Part shown: positions 12,587-26,000 of the stretch, piece by piece
How positions within the stretch are numbered: position 1 is the first letter of the stretch
Layout: every line of letters starts with the position of its first letter
Source of the DNA: Octopus sinensis
Lineage: Eukaryota
Length of the DNA stretch: 64,000 nt
Assembly: GCF_006345805.1 (NCBI RefSeq)
Contig: NC_042997.1
Span: 157,976,001 to 158,040,000 of the forward strand
Direction of reading: 5' to 3'
Program-made: the position numbers and the translations under genes
Notes under the pieces: model-generated
Told to the model about the DNA's origin: nothing
The model's database searches: none
What the model saw: only the letters and a program-made list of their open reading frames with translations

Positions 12587-13012
12587 ACTTCCAATCTAAA
12601 AAATCAATATTTTAAAATATAAAAATAATAATTTTAAAATAATTAAAGTATGAATGAAAAAATATAAGTATATAATCCATATATAACCTATCTATAATCC
12701 ATATATAATCAATATATAAACAATATATAAACTAAAAAAACCTATCAACAATTAAATATAAAATATAAAATATAAAATATAAAATATAAAATATAAAACA
12801 AAACAAAAAAAAAATAATAATATAATAATAAACTATATATACACCCATACACATATACCTAATTATATATAACCATATCTAACTACATACACTAAATCAC
12901 ACACCTATATATATATCCCTATACATACACATAAAATGTCTAGGCAACTATAAATAAATAAAATAGCTAAATACTTCAACACAATACTTATTCATACTCC
13001 CACACACACACA

Positions 13013-13475
13013 CATACAACCCACATTCACGCTCTAGAAAACGGACATCACTCAAAACTATGAACGGAGAAATGGAATAAATGGAATTAAAAATTATATT
13101 CACTTGGTAAAACGAACACTACTTAAAAATTATGAATGAAACAATGCAATAAAACAACAGACATCGCAAATAGACACAAATTACTACAAATTCCTTATCA
13201 AACCTACCATGATAACCAAAACTCATAAAAACATATAATGATAAAATCTCCCTTTACTAAACTCTATAACAAACCTATATAGCAATCCCCCTAACCTAAA
13301 CATTCACACACAAATACACACACGCATACAACCCACATTCACGCTCTAGAAAACGGACATCACTCAAAACTATGAACGGAGAAATGGAATAAATGGAATT
13401 AAAAATTATATTCACTTGTAAAACGAACACTACTTAAAAATTATGAATGAAACAATGCAATAAAACAACAGACAT
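13013..13475. repeat. Near-identical direct repeat, about 150 bp (13013-13164 and 13325-13475)
   Basis: CATACAACCCACATTCACGCTCTAGAAAACGG...AAAACAACAGACAT occurs twice; only a 1-nt indel seen. Confidence 0.95.
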
Positions 13476-13516
13476 ATATGTATATATGTATATATATATA
13501 TGTATATATGCATATA

Positions 13517-13568
<52 letters not shown>

Positions 13569-13857
13569 AGTATGTATGTATATATATATATGTGAAAGAA
13601 GGTTTGTAAATGCAATTTTAAAGAGGTTTATTCATTTGACCTGTTTCACTGTTTTAGAAAAAGATTCTCACAAAATATTAAAATACATATATACATTCTT
13701 TGATAATAATAAGAAAATTATATATATAGAACTTCCCATTCTTCACTGTATATATATATATATATATATATGTAAATGTACATATATGTATGAATATATA
13801 TATATATATAAGTATATGAAAGAATGGAGTTGAACGACTAGTTAACAAAAATCCTTT

Positions 13858-13942
13858 ATTCTCGACATATGTTTCGAAGGCTGCATATTCCTAATTCCGA
13901 AGGAATAAGGAGTACATTATGCAGATTTCTCATCAGGAAAAT
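13858..13942 (-). ncRNA. Type-I hammerhead ribozyme with extended helix II (intact core)
   Basis: Minus strand: AUUUUC CUGAUGA GAA au CUGCAUA...UAUGCAG cc UUC GAAA C auau G UC GAGAAU. Helix I AUUUUC/GAGAAU, palindromic helix III ACAUAUGU, GUC triplet. Confidence 0.85.
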
Positions 13943-14495
13943 CAAGGAAACTTATGTCGACATCAAAATGCACAAAAACACTTTTAGCTGACTGCTCTCA
14001 AGGAGCCCATGGTGATAATGAGTGTTTCTTTATAATGAGTGGCTGAATATAGAAGAATCTAGAAGTTTCTAAAGGTTCAAGAGTTCAAACGAAGTAGGAG
14101 GAGGGAGGCATAAGAATAGTAAGGTGAGAGAATGCAGGTCAAAAGAATGATGGGTTTAAATGATTTCTTTTGTGAATGAGTGCCTGTGTGTGTGACTGTA
14201 TATAACTGTCTTAATGTGTGTATGTGTGTGTCTTAATGCGTGATTGTGTTTGTGGATGGGTAGATGTCAGAAAACTGACAGCTGTGAGTTGAAAGGTCTG
14301 TATCTGTGAGTTCGATTATGTTTACTGTAGGGAAAGGAAAGTAGATAGCGAAAGGGAGAAAGAATCGAGCGAGGTGAGAGGCAACGCAAGAATAGATAGT
14401 AGTAATTGGGAATATAAGAAAATCCTTTTTGACTATTGGGGTGAAATATAGCAAAAAATGTTTTTTGGAAATCGAGGAGTTATCTATATTAGTCA

Positions 14496-14852
14496 CTATT
14501 TATATGAATGAAAGGTGTGTCTTTTCCAGTGTAAGCACCTGTAGGATCTTTCGACGATTGTGTTTATTAAAGGGCCTTTGGCGAACAAAATATGAAAAAG
14601 TTCGGAATTACAGATGCCACAAAATTTTCTGCCTTTATCAAACGGGAAGGACACCGACAAAATGGACCATTCGAGCTTGAACGTAGTGTTATTGTTCTTC
14701 AGACGCCAGACTAATTTGCTTAGCCCCGTGCTGTGTTGCTTTCTCTTATCTCTGAAAGTGGAATAATGGTTGGAGACCGTTTGGGCTAATTTAGAAGAGG
14801 TTGCGCCAATATAGAAGGAGACATCTGTTCCAGAAGAGATTTTGCATTGGTA
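14496..14852 (-). CDS. PLE GIY-YIG endonuclease C-terminal domain, uninterrupted 118-aa frame without ATG
   Basis: YQCKISSGTDVSFYIGATSSKLAQTVSNHYSTFRDKRKQHSTGLSKLVWRLKNNNTTFKLEWSILSVSFPFDKGRKFCGICNSELFHILFAKGPLINTIVERSYRCLHWKRHTFHSYK*. Shows YIG, LSKxxW, WSIL, CxxC and CxH motifs. Confidence 0.9.
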   Translation of the reverse strand, partial: YQCKISSGTDVSFYIGATSSKLAQTVSNHYSTFRDKRKQHSTGLSKLVWRLKNNNTTFKLEWSILSVSFPFDKGRKFCGICNSELFHILFAKGPLINTIVERSYRCLHWKRHTFHSYK

Positions 14853-14894
14853 AGTGGTGTTTCTAATTTTGGAATTTTATATATGTATATATGC

Positions 14895-14971
<77 letters not shown>

Positions 14972-14985
14972 TATATGTATGTATG

Positions 14986-15021
<36 letters not shown>

Positions 15022-15076
15022 GAAAGAAGGTTTGTAAATGCAATTTTAAAGATGTATATATATATATATTTATATA

Positions 15077-15610
15077 TACGAGCAAAACGTTCCCCCGTCC
15101 AATGCACGGTGCTTAATCATATCTGCTGAATAAAAAGCAATCAGTGTTTTCTTTTCATTAAGAAGTAATTAAACATGCCGGTATTTCAATAAACTTTTTG
15201 GTTTTGTTAAACGAAATTAAGGCAAAAAAAAAAACTTCTTGAGAAACCAAATAGTCTTTCCTTCTTTGATACCAAGGAAGAAAATATCTCGGTTGCATCT
15301 TACATTTTTGGCCTCGTAACTATGCTGCATTGTGTGGCATTATTTCAAGTCATCCGGCGTTTCGACGCAAACTGCACGTGCAATTTTCTCGCGTACGCGT
15401 AGTATCGATCGCAACAGCTGATGTACTTGCGTGTATAAATGCACGTTCCCACGGCTTTATCGATCGCATTCTCACTTGGAATCGATTTTTGGAATATTTT
15501 CAAGACATATACATGCCCTGATATCGTCGGTATCTACATATCAAATTTGAGCGCAATCGGATGGAGGATGCCCGTGATCCTAGAAGACACACGCACAGAC
15601 AGACAGAATG

Positions 15611-15615
<5 letters not shown>
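15077..15615 (+). mobile_element. Helitron/Helentron-like non-autonomous element
   Basis: Starts TACGAGCAAAA with a short hairpin (CCGT..ACGG). Ends CAAATTTGAGCGCAATCGG...ACAGACAGACAGAATGAATTATATA, the layout of (CAGA)n-bearing DINE/Lep1-like elements. Family call is by recall only. Confidence 0.5.
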
Positions 15616-15661
<46 letters not shown>

Positions 15662-16285
15662 TCAACCTCCTCGTTTTTACTCATGTTTTCTCATGTACTG
15701 GTTTTCAATTAGGACTGATCATCTGCTTATATGTTGTCTGAACAGTCACATATCCATTCATAAATATCTATTCCCCAAACTTTCAGATACTTTTGATTAC
15801 TTTTCGAAATGAGTTTTCAGTTTGCATTTACTTTGACATGTGTCTCTTTGAGCGTCAAATATGACGTTTCCTATTCTCTACGTTGCTATTTTAATAATAT
15901 AACTGAATGATACTGATGCGAAATGTAAACAGAAATCTGCAATAATTACATGCTTTTACAAATATCTTTGCAGTTTTATTTAAGAAACAAATAATATTTC
16001 CTCTTTTTTTATCGCATTATGTGAAATAACAAAGGTAATAAATATAAGCAGAGCATTTTTCTAAAACAGTAATAATGAAACGGTATTGCAAGGATACGAT
16101 ATTTAGGTCTTAAACAAGAAGGTAGTTATTTTTATTGAATACTCACGTTTCATTATTAAATGTCTCCATCTTACTTTTAATTTAAATTCAAACTGAACAA
16201 GAGGTTTGAAAATACAATTCTGATACACTGAAAGCACTTTCGTAGGTTTGCTTATTTCTAATTGTTTTCATTCCTTCTTTGTATA

Positions 16286-16421
<136 letters not shown>

Positions 16422-16624
16422 ATTTTGGATTTGGTTTGCAAGATTCTTTATATGAGTTCGTGTGTTGAAGCATATTGTGTTGTGTCTGGGGAGAGTCATT
16501 TTCTTTTTGTGCCTTATAATGTAACACCCTCACCGGTAAAATTTCCACTTATTTCTCATGTTTTTTATTTGCATATATATATATCCATATATAGTATTAC
16601 CTCTGTTATCTCTGTTACCCACCC

Positions 16625-16665
<41 letters not shown>

Positions 16666-16689
16666 GAAATAATAAATGATAAAGAAACC

Positions 16690-16980
16690 GGAATTACGTC
16701 ATTATTTACATTACATTATATACGTTACTTACAATTGACGGATATTTGTCCTCATCTTGTTTGTTGTTAACACAACGTTTCCGCTGATATACCCTCCAGC
16801 CTTCATCAGATTTTCCTTTGGGGCTGGCCAGATCGGGCAAATCTCAAGATTAATCAGCCGAAATTGAGTGGATGATCCGGTTCTTGACTGAAGATTGAAG
16901 GCTTCGAATGTCCCGTCCGTGATTTTTGTATCGTCTTCTAAATGTTTTGCGTTCTTGTCCCAGTTTGTATTTTTTACATA
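16690..16980 (-). mobile_element. PLE pLTR fragment with HHR motif (same family as 38272-38606)
   Basis: TTGACGGATATTTGTCCTCATCTTGTTTGTTGTTAACACAACGTTTCCGCTGATATACCCTCCAGCCTTCATCAG is shared with 38312-38370. Minus 16769-16811 reads CUGAUGA a GGCUG...CAGCG GAAACGUU GUGUU; the 5' arm of helix I is lost. Confidence 0.75.
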
Positions 16981-17003
16981 TATATATATATATATATATA
17001 TAT

Positions 17004-17836
17004 ACGAAAGAAGGTTTGAAAATGCAATTTAAAAGATGTTTATTTACTTAACCGGTTTCACTCTTTGGAAACATGTATGTGCACGCACACAGGGACACAC
17101 ACATTCACACCAATCTCACCTCCATACAGGCACATATATACACACTCAGCACCATGTCAAATACCATCCACACTCATGCATGCGTACACGCGCACGCACA
17201 CGCACACACACACACGCACACGCACGCACACACAACACCATGACAACCACACACACTTGACAAACAGACGCCATCTGACCAAATACTACAGACACACAGC
17301 CACATCTATTCACACCACATGTATATGTATGCACGCACACATTCACGCAGAGACACACATATTCACCTCATCCTAACCCCAAAATCATTGATGCTTTAAG
17401 GAGAGCCAAAAAAAGAAAAAAACGGGTAGATCTTTTTCAATTCCACATTTCTGCTAAAACGGACAGGTCGGTAAACAACCTCGCCACTACATTAATGTAA
17501 ATCTTAATGTAAATTTTTTTGAATTCATAATATTCTGTACTGAACCTTTTTTTGATATTTCCTCCTGGAAATTACCCTGGGATGTATAATATATTTGCTT
17601 TAATCTTTTCTGCCCATCTTTTCAAATATTCTCATCATACTGTTGTACTTTTTTATGTCCTTAACATGTCCCTGTTACCAAAGACTGTATATATACATGT
17701 AATGTTGCAATTTGCAGCAACCAATAATTAACGCAACCAAACTTCCATATGTTACTTTTGACAATCTTTTTCCAAAGAGTGAAACCGGTTAAGTAAATAA
17801 ACATCTTTTAAATTGCATTTTCAAACATTCTTTCGT
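17004..17836. mobile_element. Element with about 68-bp inverted termini (17004-17071 / 17769-17836) set in (TA)n; PLE-terminus-like
   Basis: ACGAAAGAAGGTTTGAAAATGCAATTT...ACCGGTTTCACTCTTTGGAAA is reverse-complemented at the right end. Decayed HHR at 17752-17796: TTACTT TTGACAA ... GAAA CCGG TT AAGTAA. Confidence 0.75.
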
Positions 17837-17876
17837 ATATAATTCCACTCGTGCGATACCCCACAACTCAACTTTG

Positions 17877-17941
<65 letters not shown>

Positions 17942-17949
17942 TACATATA

Positions 17950-18180
17950 TAGTAAACCCCATAAAGACGAACAAACACAAAAAACACAACAATGTGAGTA
18001 CGTGGTACATGTAAAGTATTAGCAGACGCTCAGGGAAGGAAAGAAATATTGTTTAACGTTTCGAGCAGACGCTCTTCTTCGGAAAAAGCGGAAGATCCAA
18101 TAGAAGGGAATACGGAGGAAGAAAATCACCAACATTCACATGTCGCTACATTTTGAAATGACCGGAATGGAATGGTCTCA
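17950..18180 (-). mobile_element. PLE-terminus-like repeat with decayed HHR (18052-18085)
   Basis: Minus: UUU CCGAAGA a GAGC gucu GCUC GAAACGUU AAA, with one core substitution. GACGCTCAGG...GTTTAACGTTTCGAGC is also present at about 6318-6364. Confidence 0.6.
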
Positions 18181-18203
18181 CACACACACACACACCCCAC
18201 ACA

Positions 18204-18246
<43 letters not shown>

Positions 18247-18920
18247 TTATACATATACATACATTTACATACTTACATACATACGTACATATATATATAT
18301 AGTTGAAATTTAGAGAAAACCTACAGATGGCGCTAAGGTGTAGGTACAGGAGGTGGTCAAACTTTGCATAAGGAGTAGACATCCATATATGTGTATATAT
18401 ATGTATATATGTGTATATATGCATATTTATATATACACACACATATATGCATAAACACACAAATACTTTCACATGAAACACACACACACACACCTTCATA
18501 TGAAACACACACACACACATATATATATTTCTGGCAGTCAGTATCCATGGATACTCCACAGTCAATTTGAAAACTGTAAGATTGCTGGAAGTTTTGAAAG
18601 TCAATAAACATTATTTCAGTTTGAACTATTTGATTCTTTGGGTTGTATAAAAATCAATATAGGAAGTTTTGAATGCGCTATCTTAAAAGGCAGTATTTCT
18701 GGTTACCCTAGCCCTTGTCATCTCTTCATCACTTCTACCATCTGTGTTATCCATATTTTTCGCTTTACGGTAAGAAATAAAATATCTTAACTATAGAGAA
18801 AAATCGAAGACATTTTAAACTTATTTTGCTTCTGTACTCGTACAAAATATGTCACAAACATATTTTAACTAAATTAAATTTCCTCCCCTCTTCCGCATAT
18901 ATATATATACATACACACAC

Positions 18921-18952
<32 letters not shown>

Positions 18953-18969
18953 CACACACACACACACAC

Positions 18970-19024
<55 letters not shown>

Positions 19025-19105
19025 AGTTTGGAATAGAAAGAGGTTGTTCTGTCACAGGACGTATTTTGTCCAAGGATACACCGGTTTGGTTCAGAATCGA
19101 TTAAT

Positions 19106-22100
19106 ATACTTGGAATTCATTAATTTGTGTTAGTATTAGAGTTTACACTTATAAAGTTCCAGTAGTCATTATAAATGTTTTCATTCATTCGATATAAGAG
19201 AACAGAATTTGAATGATATAATTTAAGTGAAGTGGACAGTTTGAACATAGAAAAAATCAATTTATTTATATAATAGTCAATTTCGTATCGCTTACGTACA
19301 TTTCAATTTCTTACCTTCATTCGTATTTTGTAATTAAGATTGCATTATACATTTAAAATTAAGAATCTTATCATGGCAAAAATTGACAAGAATATTTCAC
19401 ATACTAATGAATGTAAAGTTGCTTACTAACTGATATAGCAGCATGCGTTTGTGCGTGTTTTTGTGTCAGCATGTGTGTCTTTTGGATTCTTTTCTAAAAA
19501 ATAGCTTAGGGTTAAACTACCATACTGCAATTCTCCTTAAGGGAATTTATATCCTTTCTCTACTCACTTGTGAAAGGAATAAAAATATAAATATATATAT
19601 CAGCAAGAATCTTAAGCAATACATTTAGTTAACTTCAACTATTTAATTGTGAGAATTTCAATTTTTATTACAATTTAATTTATTTAGATGTATCAGTCTT
19701 ATTACTTAAGAGTTTAGGTTATTTTTCGATAATTTAGGTTATTATATTTTTAGTTAAATTAATATTTATATATTCAATGGGGATATGATTCACAATGCAT
19801 GCGTCATTTGTATGAAGTTAGTCTATTTACAAATGATGAGAGTACATTTCATTTTAAGGTTACTTCCTATGTTTATTTTAACTTTAATCATTCATGGGGT
19901 GTTTATTCAAAAATAATTTATTATTTAAAAATTTATTAAGTATGTATATATTCATACACACACACACATAAACACACACGCACGCATACACATACACACA
20001 CATATATGCATATATAAATGTATATATACATACATGCATATCTATCTATCTATCTCTATATATATATATTTTTTTCCCTTATGAATACAACAAGTTCTCT
20101 ATATCGCTTTTATTTAATATAATTGGTAAATTATTTATTTTGCTACATGAGCTGATAGTGAGAGTTTCAATGTGTACTCGGCAAGAAATTTTCAAACAGA
20201 ATGTGAACTATTATAATATAGCACTAAATTAGCAGGATATAAGCAAAAGTTAAAATACTATGAACCAAAGAATAACTCTAATGTTAGGAACTATACGCAT
20301 GAAGAAAAATACAAACAAAAATCAAAATACTATGAATCAAACATAAATTCAAATTCTAAGAACTATACACAAAACGGTATTCACAATAATAAAATCAAAA
20401 TTGAGCAAAATAAACATAGAGGATGGAATCCAATATAAAATAGATGAGAATAATACAAGGATAGACAAGGGATTGTTTAAATAAACTAACAACAAGTAAT
20501 AAAGATAGAAACCCTGAGAAAATAAAATTTAAAGCTAATAAAATAGAAAGACGGCCCAAAACAAAACATTACAATAATGAAAATTGTGACTACTTAAATA
20601 AAAACCTAAACAGGATAAGAAATAATAAAAAAGGCAGTAATTCAGAACCTAAACGGTAAAATGCATAACAATTCTGTAAAATGTTACACCCCTTGTATAA
20701 AAATAATTAACTTCCAGAAAAATTACTCTAAAAGGAATTACTATGAGGATAATATAGCATGGTTCATAATACCATTCGCAAAAGAAATTAGAACGAATAT
20801 AACGAAAGTATTTTAGAAAGCGGTATCTAAATACTTTCAAAGGGAAACAAATATCACAAAATAGTAAACACACACAAATTAAGGGCGGGTTTCCCCGTTT
20901 CGAAAAACATTGCACAAATTATATCTGCACTAAATACTAAAAAATTAAATGATTTCTATAATAATAGGTGTAAGTACAAATGACTTACTTAATGGCCAAA
21001 ATGACGAAGATCATAATGATAGTAGGAAATATACCAACAATGAAGGAAGCTAAGTAACTCTTAATGTTTTCTCACTAAGAGCGAAAAATATAAACTTACA
21101 ACCTACAAAAAGGAAAATAAATAAATGTAATAATAATAACCATAATGGTAATAAAAACATTAATGCGAATAATGTAAATATATATGCTGATACTAATAGT
21201 AACAACAACGAACACAAAATAAATTATAAATAATAAGATGAATATGAGAAGTAAAGAAGAATATAAGGCATTAGGTAAGTCTCATAACGCAAGAAATAAA
21301 CATAAAGAAATAACCTGGAAAACGGAAAAAAATTGGCTCAGCATTAGTAATTAGGAAACATCGAAAGGTCCTGATAATTAAACCTGTGATTGTGCCAATA
21401 AAAATCAAAATAGAAGTCCATTACGAAATTTTTGTTGAGAAAAAAAAATAATATGTAGGTGTAAATTAATGTCTGAGGGGCACGGTTACTACTGTGTAGG
21501 CTTCACGCAAAATCATATAAAAAGAAGGAGACAACCATGAAAGCACTTTTAAAGATATGAGGAAAGAAGCTAGCCCTAGTTTAAGTAGATTAATTTACAA
21601 AATTAATGACAAAAATAAGGAATATACATTAAAATGGGAAGTAATTAGCAGGGCAAAAGCTTATAGCACTGGAAGCAAAATGTGTGACTTATGCGCTGAG
21701 GAAATTTTCCAGATCATTACATCCAAGCACAAATTAATCAACAATAAAAGAGAAAGAAGTTTTTCTTGCCCACATACGATTAAATATACATTTAATAAAT
21801 TCAAATAAATAAAATTACATAGATATTATAGGAATAGATATACGTCTAGTGATTCGAAATAAATAAACCCTCACTTTCAGCTCATGTATCAAAATAAATA
21901 AATTACCAATTATATCAAATAAATGAAGGACTGAGAACTTATTATATTCATAATGGAAAGGAAATATAAGAAATGTAAGCATTGGTTTGTGGGTTTGATT
22001 CCGGCTAGGGTTAGCTCATTATTTTTCGGTATTTTGCTTGTAATTAAAAATTGTCGCTTTAAATCGGAGAATATATATTATTATACAGTTATATATATGT

Positions 22101-23010
22101 ACATGTGTGTGTGTGTAAATATATTTATATATGTATAAAGTCCAATAAATTTTTGAATAATAATGAATTTTTAAATAATAAATTATTTTAAAATGAACAC
22201 TCCATGGATGATAAGAGTTAAAGAAAAGACAGGAAGTAACTTTAAAATTAAATGTACCATCACCATTTGTAAATAGACTAATGTGATGATACATAGTGAA
22301 TTATTTCCATATTAACTATTAAAAAAATAATTGAACTAAAAATATAACCTAAATTATCAAAAAATAACTTAAACACTTAAAAAATAAGACTAATACATCT
22401 AAATAAATTAAAATCGTAATAAAATTGAAATTCTCACAACTAAAAAGTAGAACTTAAATAAATATGTTTATTTGAATTCTTGCTGATATATATATATTTA
22501 TATTTTTATTCCTTTCTCAAGTGAGTAGAGAAAGGAGTGGTAGACAGCCTTTATAAAACCAATATAAATTCCAATACGTGGAATGGTAGTACAACTATCC
22601 ATTGACCACTGTGGTCGCGGTTTATGCCCCAGGTTATTTTTAGAAAGGAATCAAAAAGACACATGCAAATATACAAGCGCATACTGTTAGTAAGCAACTC
22701 TCCATCGATTATGATTTTTATCAATTTTTATCAATTTTTGCCCTGAAGAGATTCTTAACTTTTAAATGCATAATGGAATCTTAATTGCAAAATATGAATG
22801 AAGGTAAGAAATTGAAATGTACGTAGGTGATACGAAATTAATTATTGTATAATGAATTTGATTTTTTTCTATGTTGAAACTCTACATTTACCTTATATCA
22901 TTCAAATTTTTTTCTCTTATATCGAATGAATGAGAACCATTTATAACGATTACTGGAACTTCCTAAGTGCAAAATCTAATACTAACACAAATTAATGAAT
23001 TTCAAGTATA
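19106..23010 (+). mobile_element. Decayed Penelope-like element flanked by about 650-bp inverted pLTRs (19106-19760 / 22325-23010)
   Basis: Internal + frames give EIFKQNVNYYNIALNLAGYKQKLKY, IAWFIIPFAKEIRTNITKVF, CDCANKN, YYCVGFT and ORF 21557-21808 LSRLIY...KWEVISRAKAYSTGSKMCDLCAEE...LINNKRERSFSCPH (PLE linker and GIY-YIG). TATACTTGGAATTCATTAATTTGTGTTAGT at 19106 is reverse-complemented at 22981-23010. Confidence 0.9.
22740..22828 (+). ncRNA. Putative hammerhead ribozyme with long helix II insert
   Basis: GCC CUGAAGA GAUUCUUA...UAAGAAAUU GAAA uguacg UA GGU. Helix III is close to the palindrome ACGUACGU; GUA triplet; helix I is short. The copy in the left arm has a mutated core. Confidence 0.5.
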
Positions 23011-26000
23011 TGCCAGCCGACACTGGTTTCCTATCGGACCCTTTGTAACCGATGTTGTACAAACTCTGAAGACAATGTATACCTATTTTAAAAGCATCTT
23101 ATGAAATCTTTTAGTTTATCACTAACAGTTGAATCCTTAGAGAATAGTTTATCTCGAGAAATTAGCGACGATAAGCTGTTAAAACCTAGACCTAGGAAGA
23201 GCTAGACTGTGTTGTATGATTAATCTGTGATATTGATTTATAAGCAATTCAAATGAAATGTAAATTATATTTAAAACCCTGATAATTATCAAAGTTCAAA
23301 TCTTGATGGAATTAGTCATGTATAGATCTCTGAACTCGGGCTAATCTCTCTTATTCATTCGGTCCAATAATGCCTTCACTAGCAATGAAATGAAATTGCT
23401 CAGCAGGAAATCTGTCCTGTATTGCAGACTTAGATTACTTTAGAAGTACTCGAGAGTGTCCTAATTTACTTCGGAATTATCTTAGAAATCCTTCTTTGTC
23501 ACCTGAATAGAAATTCATAACTGATATATTTTACATATATTATACAGCACAAATCTTGTATGGTGCTGTTGTAACACATATAGATCGAATAAATCACATT
23601 GCAAAAATACCTCCCCACCGTATATTTGGCATGCGGTTGCTTCCTAATACACACCAATGTCTGGTCCATCGACGTACTGTCTCTGCTCTCGGTCTCTTCC
23701 ATCGTCTCTTCAATTACCATTTCCCACCAGGAGTTGGCATTCGCTTCCATGCCTGGCACTGACCCCTATGAACATTATTTTCTCGCAGCAACGTCAATTC
23801 TCTTGATGTCTTCAGTTTGTAACTATTGAAGTGAAACGTTAACAGTCTTAATCTCACCTGTCACGAACGTTATGGCCATAGCACAATAGATAGCCAGCTA
23901 ATTATTTTGAAATTAATTTAAAATAACGAAATGCTGAATAAGTTACGTGTATTTGCATATCTCTGAAAGAATTCATTGTCTAAATATTTCATTCTCCTGG
24001 TCCCATGCTTGTATAAAAAAATAACATTTGATAGTAGTTGTAAAACACATTTTAATGCTTCAAAACCTCGTTATTTAACTCTCTAAAGACATTCATTCAA
24101 AACTAAGCAGTCAAGGATTGTTAAACGTCAAGTGTATTTGCCTGGACCACAACTTAATAATGGTCTGTAAGAGAGCAATTAGATGTTTTCTATAGGAGCA
24201 TCAGCTATTTCAACTCAGGGATTGAATTGATGAAACTTAATTCCGCGTGGTTTTTTTATGCTCTATCGATCCCGTCATCCTGGTACTCAAAGTCAGTATA
24301 TCGTATGATCACGGCATTTAAGATAAATCACCCAACTGTGTGGAATAAGCAAGAGAAAAATCTCACATTAGAGTCTCCACCTGTTAATAATGTGAAATCA
24401 GTGGCAATATTAAGTAAACAGAGGAGTTCAAAAGAAAAGTTTGAAATAAGTTAGAAAAATAACTTTAAAATACGCTTCTGTGCAAAACTTTTTGTAATTA
24501 TTATGTTTCCTGTCTTGTAAAAAGAAAACAAAAAACGCCGAAAAACAATGTTACAAGAAATTATTATAATAAAGGTCACTATTTATTCAAATTTGCGCTG
24601 ACCAAAATGTTTTAGGGAATATGTTTACTTTTTAAATTTTCTTTTTTGTAAATATCACAGGCGTCAGACAGTTAATAATTTTTGCTTATTCTTGTGTGTG
24701 GAAGACATGACTGCAATTTTGACATTATAGTGTGTCAGTTGATGATAACGTTGCTTTGATTATTCAGCTAAGCAAAATATACCACTACCCTAACAACAGT
24801 AACTGATCCAAAACTACAACAAAGGAAAACAACAAGCACGACTATATTGATAAAGAAGAAAGGAAAGACGGCCATACAGATACACAGAAAATTAGGAAAA
24901 TAAATATTATATTTCATATATTAAATCATTTTTTTACAGTAAATAAAACAAATTACAGAATAAAATCAATGAAATACGTTTATTAGATTTTTCAATTTGT
25001 CTGAGGAGGGCTGAACGCAGACAGAGACAGATATATATGCACGAATTCTCGCATATATACACACGGGAGTGCGCGTATGAGTGTGTAACAGTGTACGAAT
25101 ATGTATGTACATATACTTACAAACATACATACACATATAGGTGTGTACAGATGCAGTCACACACACATATAGACATGTTTGTATATGTTTATTTACACTC
25201 ATATACCGACGTAGACACACACGCTCACAAAAACCGAACACATACACATCCCACACATCCCACGCGCAAATAGACACAAATATTCAGTGTAATATTCAAA
25301 TAAAAATCAAGAAAAACACAGATCAACTGAGAACTAAATACGGTATATATGTTGCGTGTGTACTCCATTATGTAAGAAGTATGAAATTATAGAAACATAA
25401 TTGTTTAATACATAACGTATCTCATCATAGGCTACAATTTATCGACTAACTTCTTACCCACAAATTTTTAGCCTTGTGTCTGCTAGACTTTATTACTGGT
25501 GGTGAATTGCCGGAACTTTTATAGAGTAGAAAAACTGATTCCGATGTTACCGGTTTTTACCTTCTGAGTTCAAATCCCACCAAAATCAACTTGACACCCT
25601 GTTGTTGATAATTGTTTGAGCTGAATATACAATCGCCAGCTGCTACATACACTTCTTTCATAGTGTATATATTTGAGTAATGAATGATCTTTGTCATTGA
25701 ATATATAAGACGTGATGATGTACTGAATGACGTGCATAGGAAATTCTATATGAATTGAAAGCCCTTTCTTAGCAGGAGAAAAGTAAGGAAAACATATGAA
25801 TGAATATATACATAGCACTCAGGATACAAAAACAGCTACTTAAGTTTCATTTGATACTGGGTCTTCAAGTAGTCGTACTAAGCACAATCCTTAAAACATT
25901 GAAGTGGATGTTTTATGAAGAAAGATATCATCAAAGATACTCAGAGACTGTGTTTGCAAAATGAAATTCCTAAAAACTTAACTACTTGACATATCTGTAC

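Larger units (their letters stand above)
12365..13475 (-). mobile_element. PLE-type 3' terminal/pLTR region carrying an HHR, between (TA)n tracts
   Basis: A-rich strand-biased sequence with a canonical HHR at 12544-12586, an (ATAAAAT)n run near 12755-12798 and an internal direct repeat. No ORF recognised. Confidence 0.6.
13810..14878 (-). mobile_element. 5'-truncated Penelope-like element (GIY-YIG, 3' UTR, HHR) embedded in (TA)n
   Basis: Open GIY-YIG frame at 14496-14852, HHR at 13858-13942 on the same strand, (TA)n on both sides. Confidence 0.9.

Noticed and set aside
23499-23829. Three overlapping ORFs in a locally GC-richer patch
   Set aside because: No recognisable motif or splice context; could be an unidentified repeat fragment. 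Left uncalled.
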